NCBI GenBank assembly: GCA_036149055.1
Contig: JAYZQJ010000086.1
Span: forward strand, 1-36,093
Length of the DNA stretch: 36,093 nt
Direction: 5' to 3'
DNA from: Myxococcota bacterium
GTDB lineage: Bacteria; Myxococcota_A; Polyangia; Polyangiales; Sandaracinaceae
Position numbers and translations under genes: made by a program. Numbering within the stretch: the stretch's first letter is position 1; each line of letters begins with the position of its first letter. The notes beneath the pieces are model-generated. The model searched no databases, had not been told where the DNA came from, and was given only the letters and a program-made list of their open reading frames with translations. Positions 19,530-29,398 of this stretch are shown here, piece after piece.

Positions 19530-20947
19530 TGCGGCGCGTGGTGATCGAGCGCGGACCCGAGGGTTGGCGCGCGCCGATCCGCGGGCTGCTCGACGAGGGC
19601 ATCCCGCCGGAGCAGGTGCGCCTGACCGACGGCACCGACGCGGCCGGAGTGCTCGCGTTCGACGCGCCGACGGACGCCGCGCCTCGCCCCGGCGCGCGGG
19701 CCCCTCGCGCCTTCTTCGAGGCCGCCCGACGCGTCGCCTGCCACGCCGACCCCGACCGCTACGACCTCCTCTACCGGCTCGCCTGGCGCCTCACCCACGG
19801 CGCGCAGGGGCTGCTCTCGGACCGGGCCGACCCGGACGTCGCGCGGCTGCGCGCCCTGGACGCCGCGGTGCGGCGAGACGCGCACAAGACGACGGCGTTC
19901 GTCCGCTTCCGCGCGCTCGCCGACGGCTCCTTCGCCGCCTGGCACGGCGCCGAGCACGACGTCTTGCGCCTCGTCGGGCCCTTCTTCGCCGACCGCTTCA
20001 GCGACATGCGATGGATGATCGTGACTCCGCGCGAGTCGGCCGCGTTCGACGGCGAGGCCGTCCGGTACGGCGAGGGGAGCGCGCGACGGGACGCGGGCGT
20101 GCCCGACGCGGACGCGATGGACGAGACGTGGCGGGCCTACTACGCGTCGATCTTCAACCCGGCGCGCGTGAACCCGAAGGCGATGCGCACCGAGATGCCG
20201 ATCAAGCACTGGCGCACCCTGCCCGAGGCGGCGCTGATCCCGGAGCTGGTGCGCACCGCCCGCGAGAGCGCCCGCCGCATGCAGGTCGCCGGGCCGCCGG
20301 ACGCGCGCGCGGCGGCGGAGCGCGCGGACAGCCTCGAGGCGCTCGCCGAGGGCCTGCGGAGCTGCGAGGCGTGCGCGCTCTGCCGGGCGGCGACCCAGGC
20401 GGTTCCCGGCGTCGGCTCCGTCGGATCCGTGATGCTGATCGGCGAGCAGCCCGGCGACGAGGAGGATCTCGCCGGGCGCCCCTTCGTCGGCCCGGCGGGG
20501 GGCGTGCTCGACGCGGCGCTGCGGGACGCAGGCGTGCCCCGCGCGGCGCTCCGGCTGACGAACGCGGTGAAGCACTTCCGGTTCACCCGGCGCGGCAAGA
20601 GGCGCCTGCACCAGCGGCCCACGCTCGAGCACGTGCGCGCGTGTCGCCCCTGGCTGCTGCGCGAGATCGAGCTCGCGGCGCCGCGGGTGATCGTGACGCT
20701 CGGGCTCACGCCGACCCGCGCCCTGCTCGGCCAGACGGTGCGCTTCGACGCGGTCCGCGGCCAGGTCCTCGAGAGCGAGCTGGGCCCGAGGCTGCTGCCC
20801 ACCTGGCATCCGGCGGCGGCCCTGCGCGCGAGCGATCCGGCCGAGCGCGCGCGGATCGAGCGAGAGCTCCGCGACGCGCTCGCCCGGGCCTACGCGATGA
20901 CGTCGTCGAGCACCGCCTCGGCCGCGTCACCGAGCACGTCCTCCTGA
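19529..20947 (+). CDS. udgX: DUF4130 (TIGR03915-type) domain fused to UdgX-family uracil-DNA-binding protein
   Basis: N-half HKTTAFVRFR...WRAYYASIFNPARVN...EMPIKHWRTLPEA; C-half CEAC, GEQPG, NAVKHF, GKRRLHQ (UdgX R-loop) and HPAA. TGATG coupling with the radical SAM gene. Confidence 0.92.
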   Translation: MRRVVIERGPEGWRAPIRGLLDEGIPPEQVRLTDGTDAAGVLAFDAPTDAAPRPGARAPRAFFEAARRVACHADPDRYDLLYRLAWRLTHGAQGLLSDRADPDVARLRALDAAVRRDAHKTTAFVRFRALADGSFAAWHGAEHDVLRLVGPFFADRFSDMRWMIVTPRESAAFDGEAVRYGEGSARRDAGVPDADAMDETWRAYYASIFNPARVNPKAMRTEMPIKHWRTLPEAALIPELVRTARESARRMQVAGPPDARAAAERADSLEALAEGLRSCEACALCRAATQAVPGVGSVGSVMLIGEQPGDEEDLAGRPFVGPAGGVLDAALRDAGVPRAALRLTNAVKHFRFTRRGKRRLHQRPTLEHVRACRPWLLREIELAAPRVIVTLGLTPTRALLGQTVRFDAVRGQVLESELGPRLLPTWHPAAALRASDPAERARIERELRDALARAYAMTSSSTASAASPSTSS

Positions 20948-21690
20948 AGCGCGACGCTGCTCTTCATGAAGAAGCGACCCAGCTCGCGGTTCAGGAGGTG
21001 CGTCGCGGCGAGCTCCATCGCGTCGCGCTCGCTCGAGGCGCCCTCGGCGTAGAGGATGCGCTCCTCTCCCTTGGCCCCCAGGCCGTGGGTCTCGCCGAGC
21101 AAGCGCGTGAAGTAGGTGCGCGTCGACTCCTTGTAGCGGGGCGCGTGGCCGGCGCAGATCACGACGAGCAGCCGCTCCCAGGTGTCCTCGTCCCAGCCCT
21201 CCGTCCAGGTCTCGACCGTCTCGTCGAGGCGCTCGAGGTAGGCGCGGGTCCCGTTCATGATGACCGCCCCCATCGACGCCTGGGTCTCGGACGCGAAGCG
21301 CGAGAGCCGGTCGAGCGTGACGTTCCCCTGCTCCGTCACCTCCTCGAGGAGCTCGACGCAGCAGTCGACGAGCGCCGCCTCCTCGCCCTCGAGCGCCTCC
21401 TCCCGCAGCTCGTCGGCCAGCGCGCGCGCGTGCCGGAGCGTCTCGTCGGTGAGCGCGCGGCCCGCGTGATCGGAGAGCAAGAGGTAGACGGCGGCGGGCA
21501 CGTGACAGACCGCCTTGGCCCGGTGGTAAGCCTCGGTGAGCACGACGCGCGTCTGGCGGCGCCCGCGATGCAGCAGGATCAGCGCCTCCCCCGTCCGGAT
21601 GATCATCGGGTCGTCGCCGCGAAACAGGCGCGCCTCGATCGCCTCGCGCGCGATGGCGTAGCGCCCCTCGAACCAGTCGTTGATCGGCAC
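20890..21690 (-). CDS. Hypothetical protein (conserved-looking, cytoplasmic)
   Basis: Balanced composition with motif-like segments YHRAKAVCHVP, GHAPRY, RILYAEG and LQEDVLGDAA. No family recognised. Confidence 0.75.
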   Translation of the reverse strand: MPINDWFEGRYAIAREAIEARLFRGDDPMIIRTGEALILLHRGRRQTRVVLTEAYHRAKAVCHVPAAVYLLLSDHAGRALTDETLRHARALADELREEALEGEEAALVDCCVELLEEVTEQGNVTLDRLSRFASETQASMGAVIMNGTRAYLERLDETVETWTEGWDEDTWERLLVVICAGHAPRYKESTRTYFTRLLGETHGLGAKGEERILYAEGASSERDAMELAATHLLNRELGRFFMKSSVALQEDVLGDAAEAVLDDVIA

Positions 21691-21720
21691 GCCGGGGACG
21701 TAGCCCCGGGCCGCCCGCCG

Positions 21721-22902
<1,182 letters not shown>

Positions 22903-22959
22903 CCCCGCCTCTCGATTAGAGCACGGGGCCGGCGGCCCGGCGACCCTCCCCCGTCGGGG

Positions 22960-24060
22960 TCAGCGGCAGCCGCTGACGATCGGCTCGGCGCTCTCGTCGA
23001 GGTTCCGGGCGGTGAAGGAGATCGCGGTCCCCTCCCCCTCGGGCGTGGTCACGAGGTAGAGCGGGCAGTCGCCGCCGGCGCGCAGCGAGGTGGGGGCGTT
23101 CGGGGTCGCGCGCCCGTCGTCGAGCGAGGGCTGGGGCGAGATCCGGCCCTCGGCGAACGCCCGGATGAAGCGCTCGGCGTCGTCCCGGCACATCAGGCTC
23201 GCGCGGACCGGCGCGTCTTCGGTGCGCAGGGTCACCAGGATCCGCCCGCGATCCTCGCGCAGCGGCCCGTGCACGTCGATCCCGCCCGGCTCGATCCGCA
23301 TCCGGGTCGGCGGCCCCGGCCGCGTGGGACGGCGGCGCGGGTGCGGGTACGAGGTCAGCCGCCCCATCTCCATGCCCGCGTCGCCGGTGCAGAGATCGGC
23401 GAAGATGGTGAAGCCCTCGCGCAGCTCGTCCTCGAAGCGCGAGCTGCCCTCCTCGCGCACCTGCTGCCGCGCCTCCCCGTCGGGAGCGCTCCCGAAGACC
23501 GTGGCCAGGCCCCCGAGCACGTGGCTCCACACGTCCTGCGGCGCGGCGTCCACGTCGCCGATCGGCCGCACCGTCACGTGGGGCGGATCTTCGGGCCGCA
23601 TCCAGATCAGCAGCTGCCGGCGGGGTCGGAGATAGCGGACCTGCGGCCGCACGCGCATCGTCGTGCTGGCCTCGAGGACCACGTACTGCTGCACCGCGAA
23701 GGTGGCGCCGGCGGCGCCCGCGCGCTCGTCGACCCAGGTCCAGGCCCACGCCCCGAAGTCGAGCTCCAGCACCTCTCCGTCCGCGCGCGCCTCGCACGCG
23801 TTCAGCCAGAGCCGCCCCGTGCGGGGCCCGTCGCCCTCCCCGCCGAGCGTCATCATGCGCCCGCGCAGCGCGTCGCAAGCCTGCTGCACGCCGACGTCGA
23901 CGAGCACCTCCTGCACGTCGTTCAGCTGCGCCGGCGCGGGGAAAGGAGCCTCCCGCGCGAGCTCGGCCTTCTGCGGAAGCGCGGCGTCGCCGTGCGCCTC
24001 GGACGCGCACCCCGGCAACCCACACAGCAAGGCCGCGAGGAGCGGACCGTGATGTCTCAT
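22960..24060 (-). CDS. Hypothetical lipoprotein
   Basis: Signal/lipobox LLAALLCGLPGC; typical codon usage. Confidence 0.7.
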   Translation of the reverse strand: MRHHGPLLAALLCGLPGCASEAHGDAALPQKAELAREAPFPAPAQLNDVQEVLVDVGVQQACDALRGRMMTLGGEGDGPRTGRLWLNACEARADGEVLELDFGAWAWTWVDERAGAAGATFAVQQYVVLEASTTMRVRPQVRYLRPRRQLLIWMRPEDPPHVTVRPIGDVDAAPQDVWSHVLGGLATVFGSAPDGEARQQVREEGSSRFEDELREGFTIFADLCTGDAGMEMGRLTSYPHPRRRPTRPGPPTRMRIEPGGIDVHGPLREDRGRILVTLRTEDAPVRASLMCRDDAERFIRAFAEGRISPQPSLDDGRATPNAPTSLRAGGDCPLYLVTTPEGEGTAISFTARNLDESAEPIVSGCR

Positions 24061-24122
24061 CGACGGGGACAGCTAGGCCCCGCGCACCGAGCCCTCAATG
24101 TGCCGGCGACGCCCGCAGGAGG

Positions 24123-24728
24123 TCAATGCAAGGTAACCTGCCGGACTCCGCGGCGGATGAGGGTCGGCACCGTCAGAGCGGTGCGGACCGACTCGGCGTC
24201 GAGGTCCGCGAAGACCACCGTGAGCTGGCCCTCCTCGAGGATGACGCCCGCGCCGGGCAGCGACGCGAGCACCTCGTAGAGCTCCTTGTCCTGCCACCAC
24301 TCGGACGCGGTGGGCTCGCGGCGCGTGTAGACCTCGAAGAGCCCGTCGACGTCGCCCGCCGGGCGCGGGCGGCCGTAGTGCGTGTGCAGCACGTCGACGC
24401 TCCCGACCCAGACCGCCGTCGGCGGCGAGGTCTCGGCCTCCGGGATGCGGCACCGCATGCCGAGCATCGCCTCGAGGCCCTGCCCGAGGTGGTTGTCGTA
24501 GTCGACCTCCACGTCGAGCCCGTCGACGATCCCGCGGAGCCGCGGCCAGCCGTCGTCGGTCTTCACCACCGAGAGCCCGCCGACCTCGTCGGCGACCATG
24601 CGGAACAGCTCCCAGGCGCGCGCCTTCGGGTCGTCGGCTCCCGGCAGGACCGGCTGAGTCTTCTGCACGACCAGGGCGACGACGCTGACGATGGCGAGCG
24701 CGACGGCGAGCGCGATGAGGAGCTCCAC
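24123..24728 (-). CDS. Hypothetical membrane-anchored protein
   Basis: GTG 24728 (preceded by TACCCT-N6) begins TM ELLIALAVALAIVSVVALVV. Confidence 0.72.
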   Translation of the reverse strand: MELLIALAVALAIVSVVALVVQKTQPVLPGADDPKARAWELFRMVADEVGGLSVVKTDDGWPRLRGIVDGLDVEVDYDNHLGQGLEAMLGMRCRIPEAETSPPTAVWVGSVDVLHTHYGRPRPAGDVDGLFEVYTRREPTASEWWQDKELYEVLASLPGAGVILEEGQLTVVFADLDAESVRTALTVPTLIRRGVRQVTLH

Positions 24729-24775
24729 GAGGTGAGGGTACCCGACCCTCCCCCGCGCGCCACTACCTGGAAGCT

Positions 24776-25117
24776 CTACGGCAAGTCGCGGGCGCAGTAG
24801 GTGCCGCGGCCGATGTCGGCGCAGACGAAGTCGGCCGGGCAGTCGGCGTCGGTCGTGCACGCGGCGGTGCAGTAGACGCGCTCGCGGACCTCGCGCTCCG
24901 ACGGACAGCTGCCGTCGTCGCACTGCCGGCGCGGATCCCCGGCGAAGTGACGCACCATGCAGAGGCGCGTCTCGCAGTCGACGGAGCCGGTCTCGAGGTA
25001 GGTCTCCGAGGGATCGAAGCCGCCCTCGGGCACGCGCTCCGGGACGCAGGGATCGCCGATGGCGGTGCCGGTGCAGGCGCCGAGGGTGAGGGCGAAGGCG
25101 CAGAGGAGGGCTCTCAT
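24776..25117 (-). CDS. Small Cys-rich lipoprotein, CglC-like
   Basis: LTLGAC lipobox; IGDPC...ETGSVDCETRLC...YCTAAC...DC pattern resembles the myxobacterial gliding lipoprotein CglC. Confidence 0.6.
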   Translation of the reverse strand: MRALLCAFALTLGACTGTAIGDPCVPERVPEGGFDPSETYLETGSVDCETRLCMVRHFAGDPRRQCDDGSCPSEREVRERVYCTAACTTDADCPADFVCADIGRGTYCARDLP

Positions 25118-25252
25118 GCCGCTCGCCCTTTCAAGCCGCGCGCCAACCGCCGGGCGACGCTCCGGTGACGTGCGCGCGCCAACCTCGTTGGCGAGTGCGG
25201 AAGTTTCGGCGACGAAACGTCGCGGAAACCGTCCGCGGCCAAGGATGCAGGC

Positions 25253-25795
25253 ATGCAGTACTCGAACATCGTGTTCCGCGCCGTCGGCCCCGAGCACCGG
25301 GAGCTCCTGGCCGAGGGCTTCGCGCGGCTGTCGGACGAGGCGCGCGCCATGCGGTTCTTCGCCGCGAAGCCGCGCCTGACGGAGGGTGAGCTGCGCTACC
25401 TGAGCGAGCCCGACGGGCTGGACCACTTCGCGCTCGGCGCCGCGTCGCTGCACCCGGGCGGCGTGCTCGAGGGCCTCGGCGTGGCCCGGTACGTCCGGTC
25501 CCACCGCGATCCCGGCGCGGCGCACGTGGCGGTGACGGTGATCGACGCGGCGCAGGGCAGCGGCCTCGGGGTGCGCCTGCTCCGCCGGCTCGCGCTGCTC
25601 GCCTCGATCCGCGGCGTGGAGCGATTCCTCTTCCTGGTGCGCCCCGAGAACGTCGCGATGCGGACCCTGCTCGCGTCCCGCCGCGTCCCGCTGGAGCTCG
25701 AGGACCGGACCCTCGTGGCCCGCGCCGACGTGACGACCGTGGCCCGCTTCCGCTCGCGCCACGACCCGCCGCGCTCCGCCCTCCGCCGCGCTTAG
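25253..25795 (+). CDS. GNAT-family N-acetyltransferase
   Basis: FARLSDEARAMRFF, GVARY, AVTVIDAAQGSGLG (Q/RxxGxG) and PENVAM motifs. Confidence 0.88.
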   Translation: MQYSNIVFRAVGPEHRELLAEGFARLSDEARAMRFFAAKPRLTEGELRYLSEPDGLDHFALGAASLHPGGVLEGLGVARYVRSHRDPGAAHVAVTVIDAAQGSGLGVRLLRRLALLASIRGVERFLFLVRPENVAMRTLLASRRVPLELEDRTLVARADVTTVARFRSRHDPPRSALRRA

Positions 25796-25993
25796 GGACT
25801 CCGGGACGGAGTTTCCTTGTTGCCGAACGGGCTCGAGAGGCTCGTTCTGCGCGAGGCGAAGCCCCGAAACCCGGCGCTCGCGGCGGCGTGGAGCCTCCTC
25901 TTCGCGGCGCGGAGGCAGCCCGCGTGCTTCCTGGGGCCGGGGCTCGGCCGCGGAGACCGACTGGGCAACAAGGAAACTCCGTCCCCGTGTCCC
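25795..25993. repeat. 199-bp element with 30-bp terminal inverted repeats (MITE/REPIN-like)
   Basis: Left GGGACTCCGGGACGGAGTTTCCTTGTTGCC (25795-25824) versus right GGCAACAAGGAAACTCCGTCCCCGTGTCCC (25964-25993): 28/30 complementary. Confidence 0.75.
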
Positions 25994-25997
25994 GAGG

Positions 25998-27713
25998 CTA
26001 GGGCGTCGATTGGCCGAGGGTGAAGCGGCCGACCTCGTAGCAGCCGATCCAGCTACGGAGGGGGAGGCGCGTCTCGCGCTCGGCGACCTCGGCGGCGCGC
26101 TCGCCGGACCAGGATCCGCCCTCCCACTCCCACGCCATGATCGGGTAGCCGCCGCCGCGCGGGCCGCGGTTGGTCACGCGCGTGCCGGGCGGGGCGCCGA
26201 CGACCTCGTGGCGGTCGTAGCCGGCGAGGATGATCTCCTCGATCTCGACGCCCTCGGCGACGCGCAGCTCCCATCGGGTCGTCGCGTAGGCGTGGAGGAC
26301 GAGCACGAGCGGGGCGACGGTGCGCGAGACGTCGACGGTGATGCTCCCGCCCTGCGGCTCGTACGCGGCCAGCACGTGCAGCTCCCGGTCGCGCCGGACC
26401 TCGCAGCGCTCGGGCAGGTGGCGGTTCCAGCCGCGGTCGCACTGCGCGTCGTGCACGACCGGGACGTCGCAAGGCTCGGCGCCCTCCGGGATCGGCGTGG
26501 CGACCGGCGGCGCGTTCGGGTCGACGGGCTGGGGCAGACCCACCGGCGGCGGGGAGGGGGCCGGGGTGGGCGCGACGACCGGGGGCGGCGCGACCGGCGC
26601 GACCGGCGCCACCACCGGGGGCGGGCTCGGAGGCGCGGGCGCGGCGACCGCCGTCGGCTCGTCGTCGATCAGCGAGTAGGCGATCGCGCCCCCGACCACG
26701 CACGCGCCGACCAGGAAGAGGCCCGCGGCCACTCCGGCGAGCCAGAGCGGCGCGGCGCTCGACGGCGCCGGGACCGCGCGGGTCTCCGGGACCGACGGCG
26801 TGACCGGCCCGGTGGCCACGCTGGGTCCCGCGGCGACCGGCCCGGTGCTCGGCGCGGGCCCCAGCTCGGTCGGGGTCACCGCGCCGCCCGCGCGCCGCAG
26901 CGCGTCGGCCATCTCGCTCGCGTCCCGGAAGCGCGCGCGCGGGTCCGGCATCAGCCCGCGATCGATCAGCTCCACGAGCGCGCGCGGGGCCTGGGGCAGC
27001 ACCCGATCGAGGCGCACCGGCTCGCGGCCCTGGACCCGCGCCATCAGGTCGGCGAACGACTCGGAGGCGTAGGGCAGCTGCCCGGTCAGCGTCTCGAAGA
27101 GGATCGCCGCCACCGCGTAGAGGTCGGCGCGGTGGTCGACCGAGCGCGTGTCCTGCAGCTGCTCGGGCGCCATGTAGGCCGGCGTGCCGAGCATCACGCC
27201 GGTCTTGGTCAGCGAAGAGACCTTGCCCGGCTCGGTCACCTTGCTGATCCCGAAGTCGAGCAGCTTGGCGAACGGCCGGCCGTCCGGGCCGCGGACCAGA
27301 AAGACGTTCGCCGGCTTCATGTCGCGGTGCACGATGCCGGCGGCGTGCGCGGCCCCGAGCGCCTCGAGGATCTGGAGGGTCACGTCGATGGCCTCGGCCG
27401 GGGGCAGCGGCCCCGCGCGCGAGATCCGCTGCTCGAGGTCCTCGCCGTCGAGCAGCTCCATCGCCAGGAAGGGCTGCCCCTCGCTCGTCACCCCGGCGTC
27501 GGTGATGCCGACGATGTGCGGGTTGCCGATCGCCGCCGCGAGCTGGGCCTCGCGGAGGAAGCGCTCGACCATGCCCGGCGTCGCGCTGTGTTGCGGCGCC
27601 AGGAGCTTCAACGCCACCCTCGTGCCGAGCACCGTGTGCCGCGCGCGAAGCACCTCGCCGAAGCCGCCCTGGCCCAGCTGTCCCTCGATCTCGTAGCGAT
27701 CGATCCGCCGCAT
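25998..27713 (-). CDS. Ser/Thr protein kinase with TM, Pro-rich linker and unknown extracytoplasmic domain
   Basis: LGQGGFGEV, VALK, HRDMKPAN, DFG and YMAPE motifs; TM LWLAGVAAGLFLVGACVVGGAIAY. Confidence 0.93.
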   Translation of the reverse strand: MRRIDRYEIEGQLGQGGFGEVLRARHTVLGTRVALKLLAPQHSATPGMVERFLREAQLAAAIGNPHIVGITDAGVTSEGQPFLAMELLDGEDLEQRISRAGPLPPAEAIDVTLQILEALGAAHAAGIVHRDMKPANVFLVRGPDGRPFAKLLDFGISKVTEPGKVSSLTKTGVMLGTPAYMAPEQLQDTRSVDHRADLYAVAAILFETLTGQLPYASESFADLMARVQGREPVRLDRVLPQAPRALVELIDRGLMPDPRARFRDASEMADALRRAGGAVTPTELGPAPSTGPVAAGPSVATGPVTPSVPETRAVPAPSSAAPLWLAGVAAGLFLVGACVVGGAIAYSLIDDEPTAVAAPAPPSPPPVVAPVAPVAPPPVVAPTPAPSPPPVGLPQPVDPNAPPVATPIPEGAEPCDVPVVHDAQCDRGWNRHLPERCEVRRDRELHVLAAYEPQGGSITVDVSRTVAPLVLVLHAYATTRWELRVAEGVEIEEIILAGYDRHEVVGAPPGTRVTNRGPRGGGYPIMAWEWEGGSWSGERAAEVAERETRLPLRSWIGCYEVGRFTLGQSTP

Positions 27714-27750
27714 CGCGACCGATGATGCATGAAGCTATCCTCGCGCGCTC

Positions 27751-28896
27751 ATGACCGACGCTTCGCTCCCGCTGGCCGGCCTGAAGGTCCTGGACTTCAG
27801 CCAGAACCTCCCCGGCCCCTACGCCACCTTCCTGCTCACCTGCTGGGGCGCGGACGTCGTGAAGGTCGAGCCGCCCAAGGGCGATCCCGGGCGCTTCATG
27901 GAGCCGTTCTTCTCCATGGTGAACCGCGGCAAGCGCAGCGTGGTGCTCGACCTGCGCGATCCCGACAGCCGGCCGTCGGTCGAGGCCCTGGTGCGCTGGG
28001 CCGACGTGCTCGTCGAGGGGTTCCGACCGGGGGTGATGGAGCGCCTGGAGCTCGACTGGGAGCGCTGCCGGGCCCTGAACCCGAAGCTCGTCTACTGCTC
28101 GATCAGCGCCTTCGGCCAGGACGGCCCCTGGCGGCTGCACCCGGGCCACGACCTGAACCTGCAGTCGCTGGCCGGCGTCTCGCACCTCGAGCGCGACGGA
28201 AGCGGCGCGCCGCGCTTCTCGATGCTGCCGGTCGCCGACCTCAGCTCCTCGCTCCTCGCGGTGAGCGGGATCTGCGCCGCGCTCGCCAAGGGTGAGGGCG
28301 TGCACCTCGACGTCGCGATGGCGGACGGCGTGCTGTCGTGGGCCAACGTCTGGGGTCTCGGCGTCGACCTCGCGGCCGGCGCGAAGAAGCAGCTCCGCGG
28401 CGGCCCCCTGGTCGAGGCGATCACCCGTCCGCTCGTCGACTTCCTCGCCCGCGCGAAGCTCTACGCGATGCCGCACTACGACGTCTTCCGCTGCGCCGAC
28501 GACCGGTGGCTCAGCCTCGGCATCGTCGACGAGGGGCACTTCTGGAAGGCGCTCTGCCGCGAGCTCGATCTCGGCCCGATGGCGAAGCTGCCGCTCCCCG
28601 CCCGGATCGCCGCCGGCCCCGCGCTCAAGCCGGTGGTCGCGCGTCGGCTGCGCTCGCGCCCGCGGGACGAGTGGCTGCGCCGCTTCGAGGAGGCGGGCGT
28701 GCCGGCCAGCCCGGTGCTCGCGCCCGAGGAGGCGGCCGGTCACCCGCAGGTCCGCGCTCGTGGCCTGGCCGACGCGCGGGGCTGGATGAAGTCGCCGCTC
28801 CCCGGGGCCGTGCACCCGGAGGGCGAGGCGCCGCGCCGCGGGGAGCACACCGACGAGATCCTCGCCGCTTTGACCCAGCGGGCGCCTGCCGAGTGA
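27751..28896 (+). CDS. CaiB/BaiF (family III) CoA-transferase
   Basis: PLAGLKVLDFSQNLPGPYAT, GADVVKVEPPKGDPGR, NRGKRS, EGFRPGVMERL and PGHDLN motifs. Confidence 0.94.
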   Translation: MTDASLPLAGLKVLDFSQNLPGPYATFLLTCWGADVVKVEPPKGDPGRFMEPFFSMVNRGKRSVVLDLRDPDSRPSVEALVRWADVLVEGFRPGVMERLELDWERCRALNPKLVYCSISAFGQDGPWRLHPGHDLNLQSLAGVSHLERDGSGAPRFSMLPVADLSSSLLAVSGICAALAKGEGVHLDVAMADGVLSWANVWGLGVDLAAGAKKQLRGGPLVEAITRPLVDFLARAKLYAMPHYDVFRCADDRWLSLGIVDEGHFWKALCRELDLGPMAKLPLPARIAAGPALKPVVARRLRSRPRDEWLRRFEEAGVPASPVLAPEEAAGHPQVRARGLADARGWMKSPLPGAVHPEGEAPRRGEHTDEILAALTQRAPAE

Positions 28897-29378
28897 TCGT
28901 CGGCGTGATCAGCGACACCCACGGGAAGGTGCGGCCCGAGGCGCTCGACGCGCTGGCCGGGAGCGACGTCATCCTGCACGCGGGGGACGTCGGCGGGCCG
29001 CACGTGCTCGAGGCGCTCGAGGCGATCGCGCCGGTGCACGCGATCCGCGGCAACGTGGACCTGCCCTCGGCCCTGCGCTCGAGGAGGCGAGCCTCGTTCG
29101 ATCCCGACTGGGCGGCGGGCCTCCCGGACACCCTCGACCTGGAGCTCGGCGGGGCGCGCGTCCACCTCGTGCACGCCCTCGCCGATCTGGCCCCGGCGAC
29201 CCGCGCGGACGTGATCGTGAGCGGTCACTCCCATCAGCCGAGCGTCGAGCGACGCGACGGGATCCTCTGGTTGAACCCGGGGAGCGCCGGGCCGCGCCGC
29301 TTCTCGCTGCCGGTCACGGTGGCGCTCCTCCGGGGCGCGGGCGGCGACTTCGAGGCCGAGCTCGTGCACCTCGGGTGA
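28893..29378 (+). CDS. Metallophosphoesterase (YfcE/MJ0936-like)
   Basis: ISDTHG, HAGDVG, RGNVD, GHSH and NPGSAGPRRF motifs; GTGA overlap with the upstream stop. Confidence 0.9.
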   Translation: MIVGVISDTHGKVRPEALDALAGSDVILHAGDVGGPHVLEALEAIAPVHAIRGNVDLPSALRSRRRASFDPDWAAGLPDTLDLELGGARVHLVHALADLAPATRADVIVSGHSHQPSVERRDGILWLNPGSAGPRRFSLPVTVALLRGAGGDFEAELVHLG

Positions 29379-29398
29379 GGACGTGTCATCGCAGGGCC

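Noticed and set aside
25817..26023. 68-aa ORF inside the inverted-repeat element
   Set aside because: TTG start within a repeat arm, no recognisable features, and it overlaps the kinase end.
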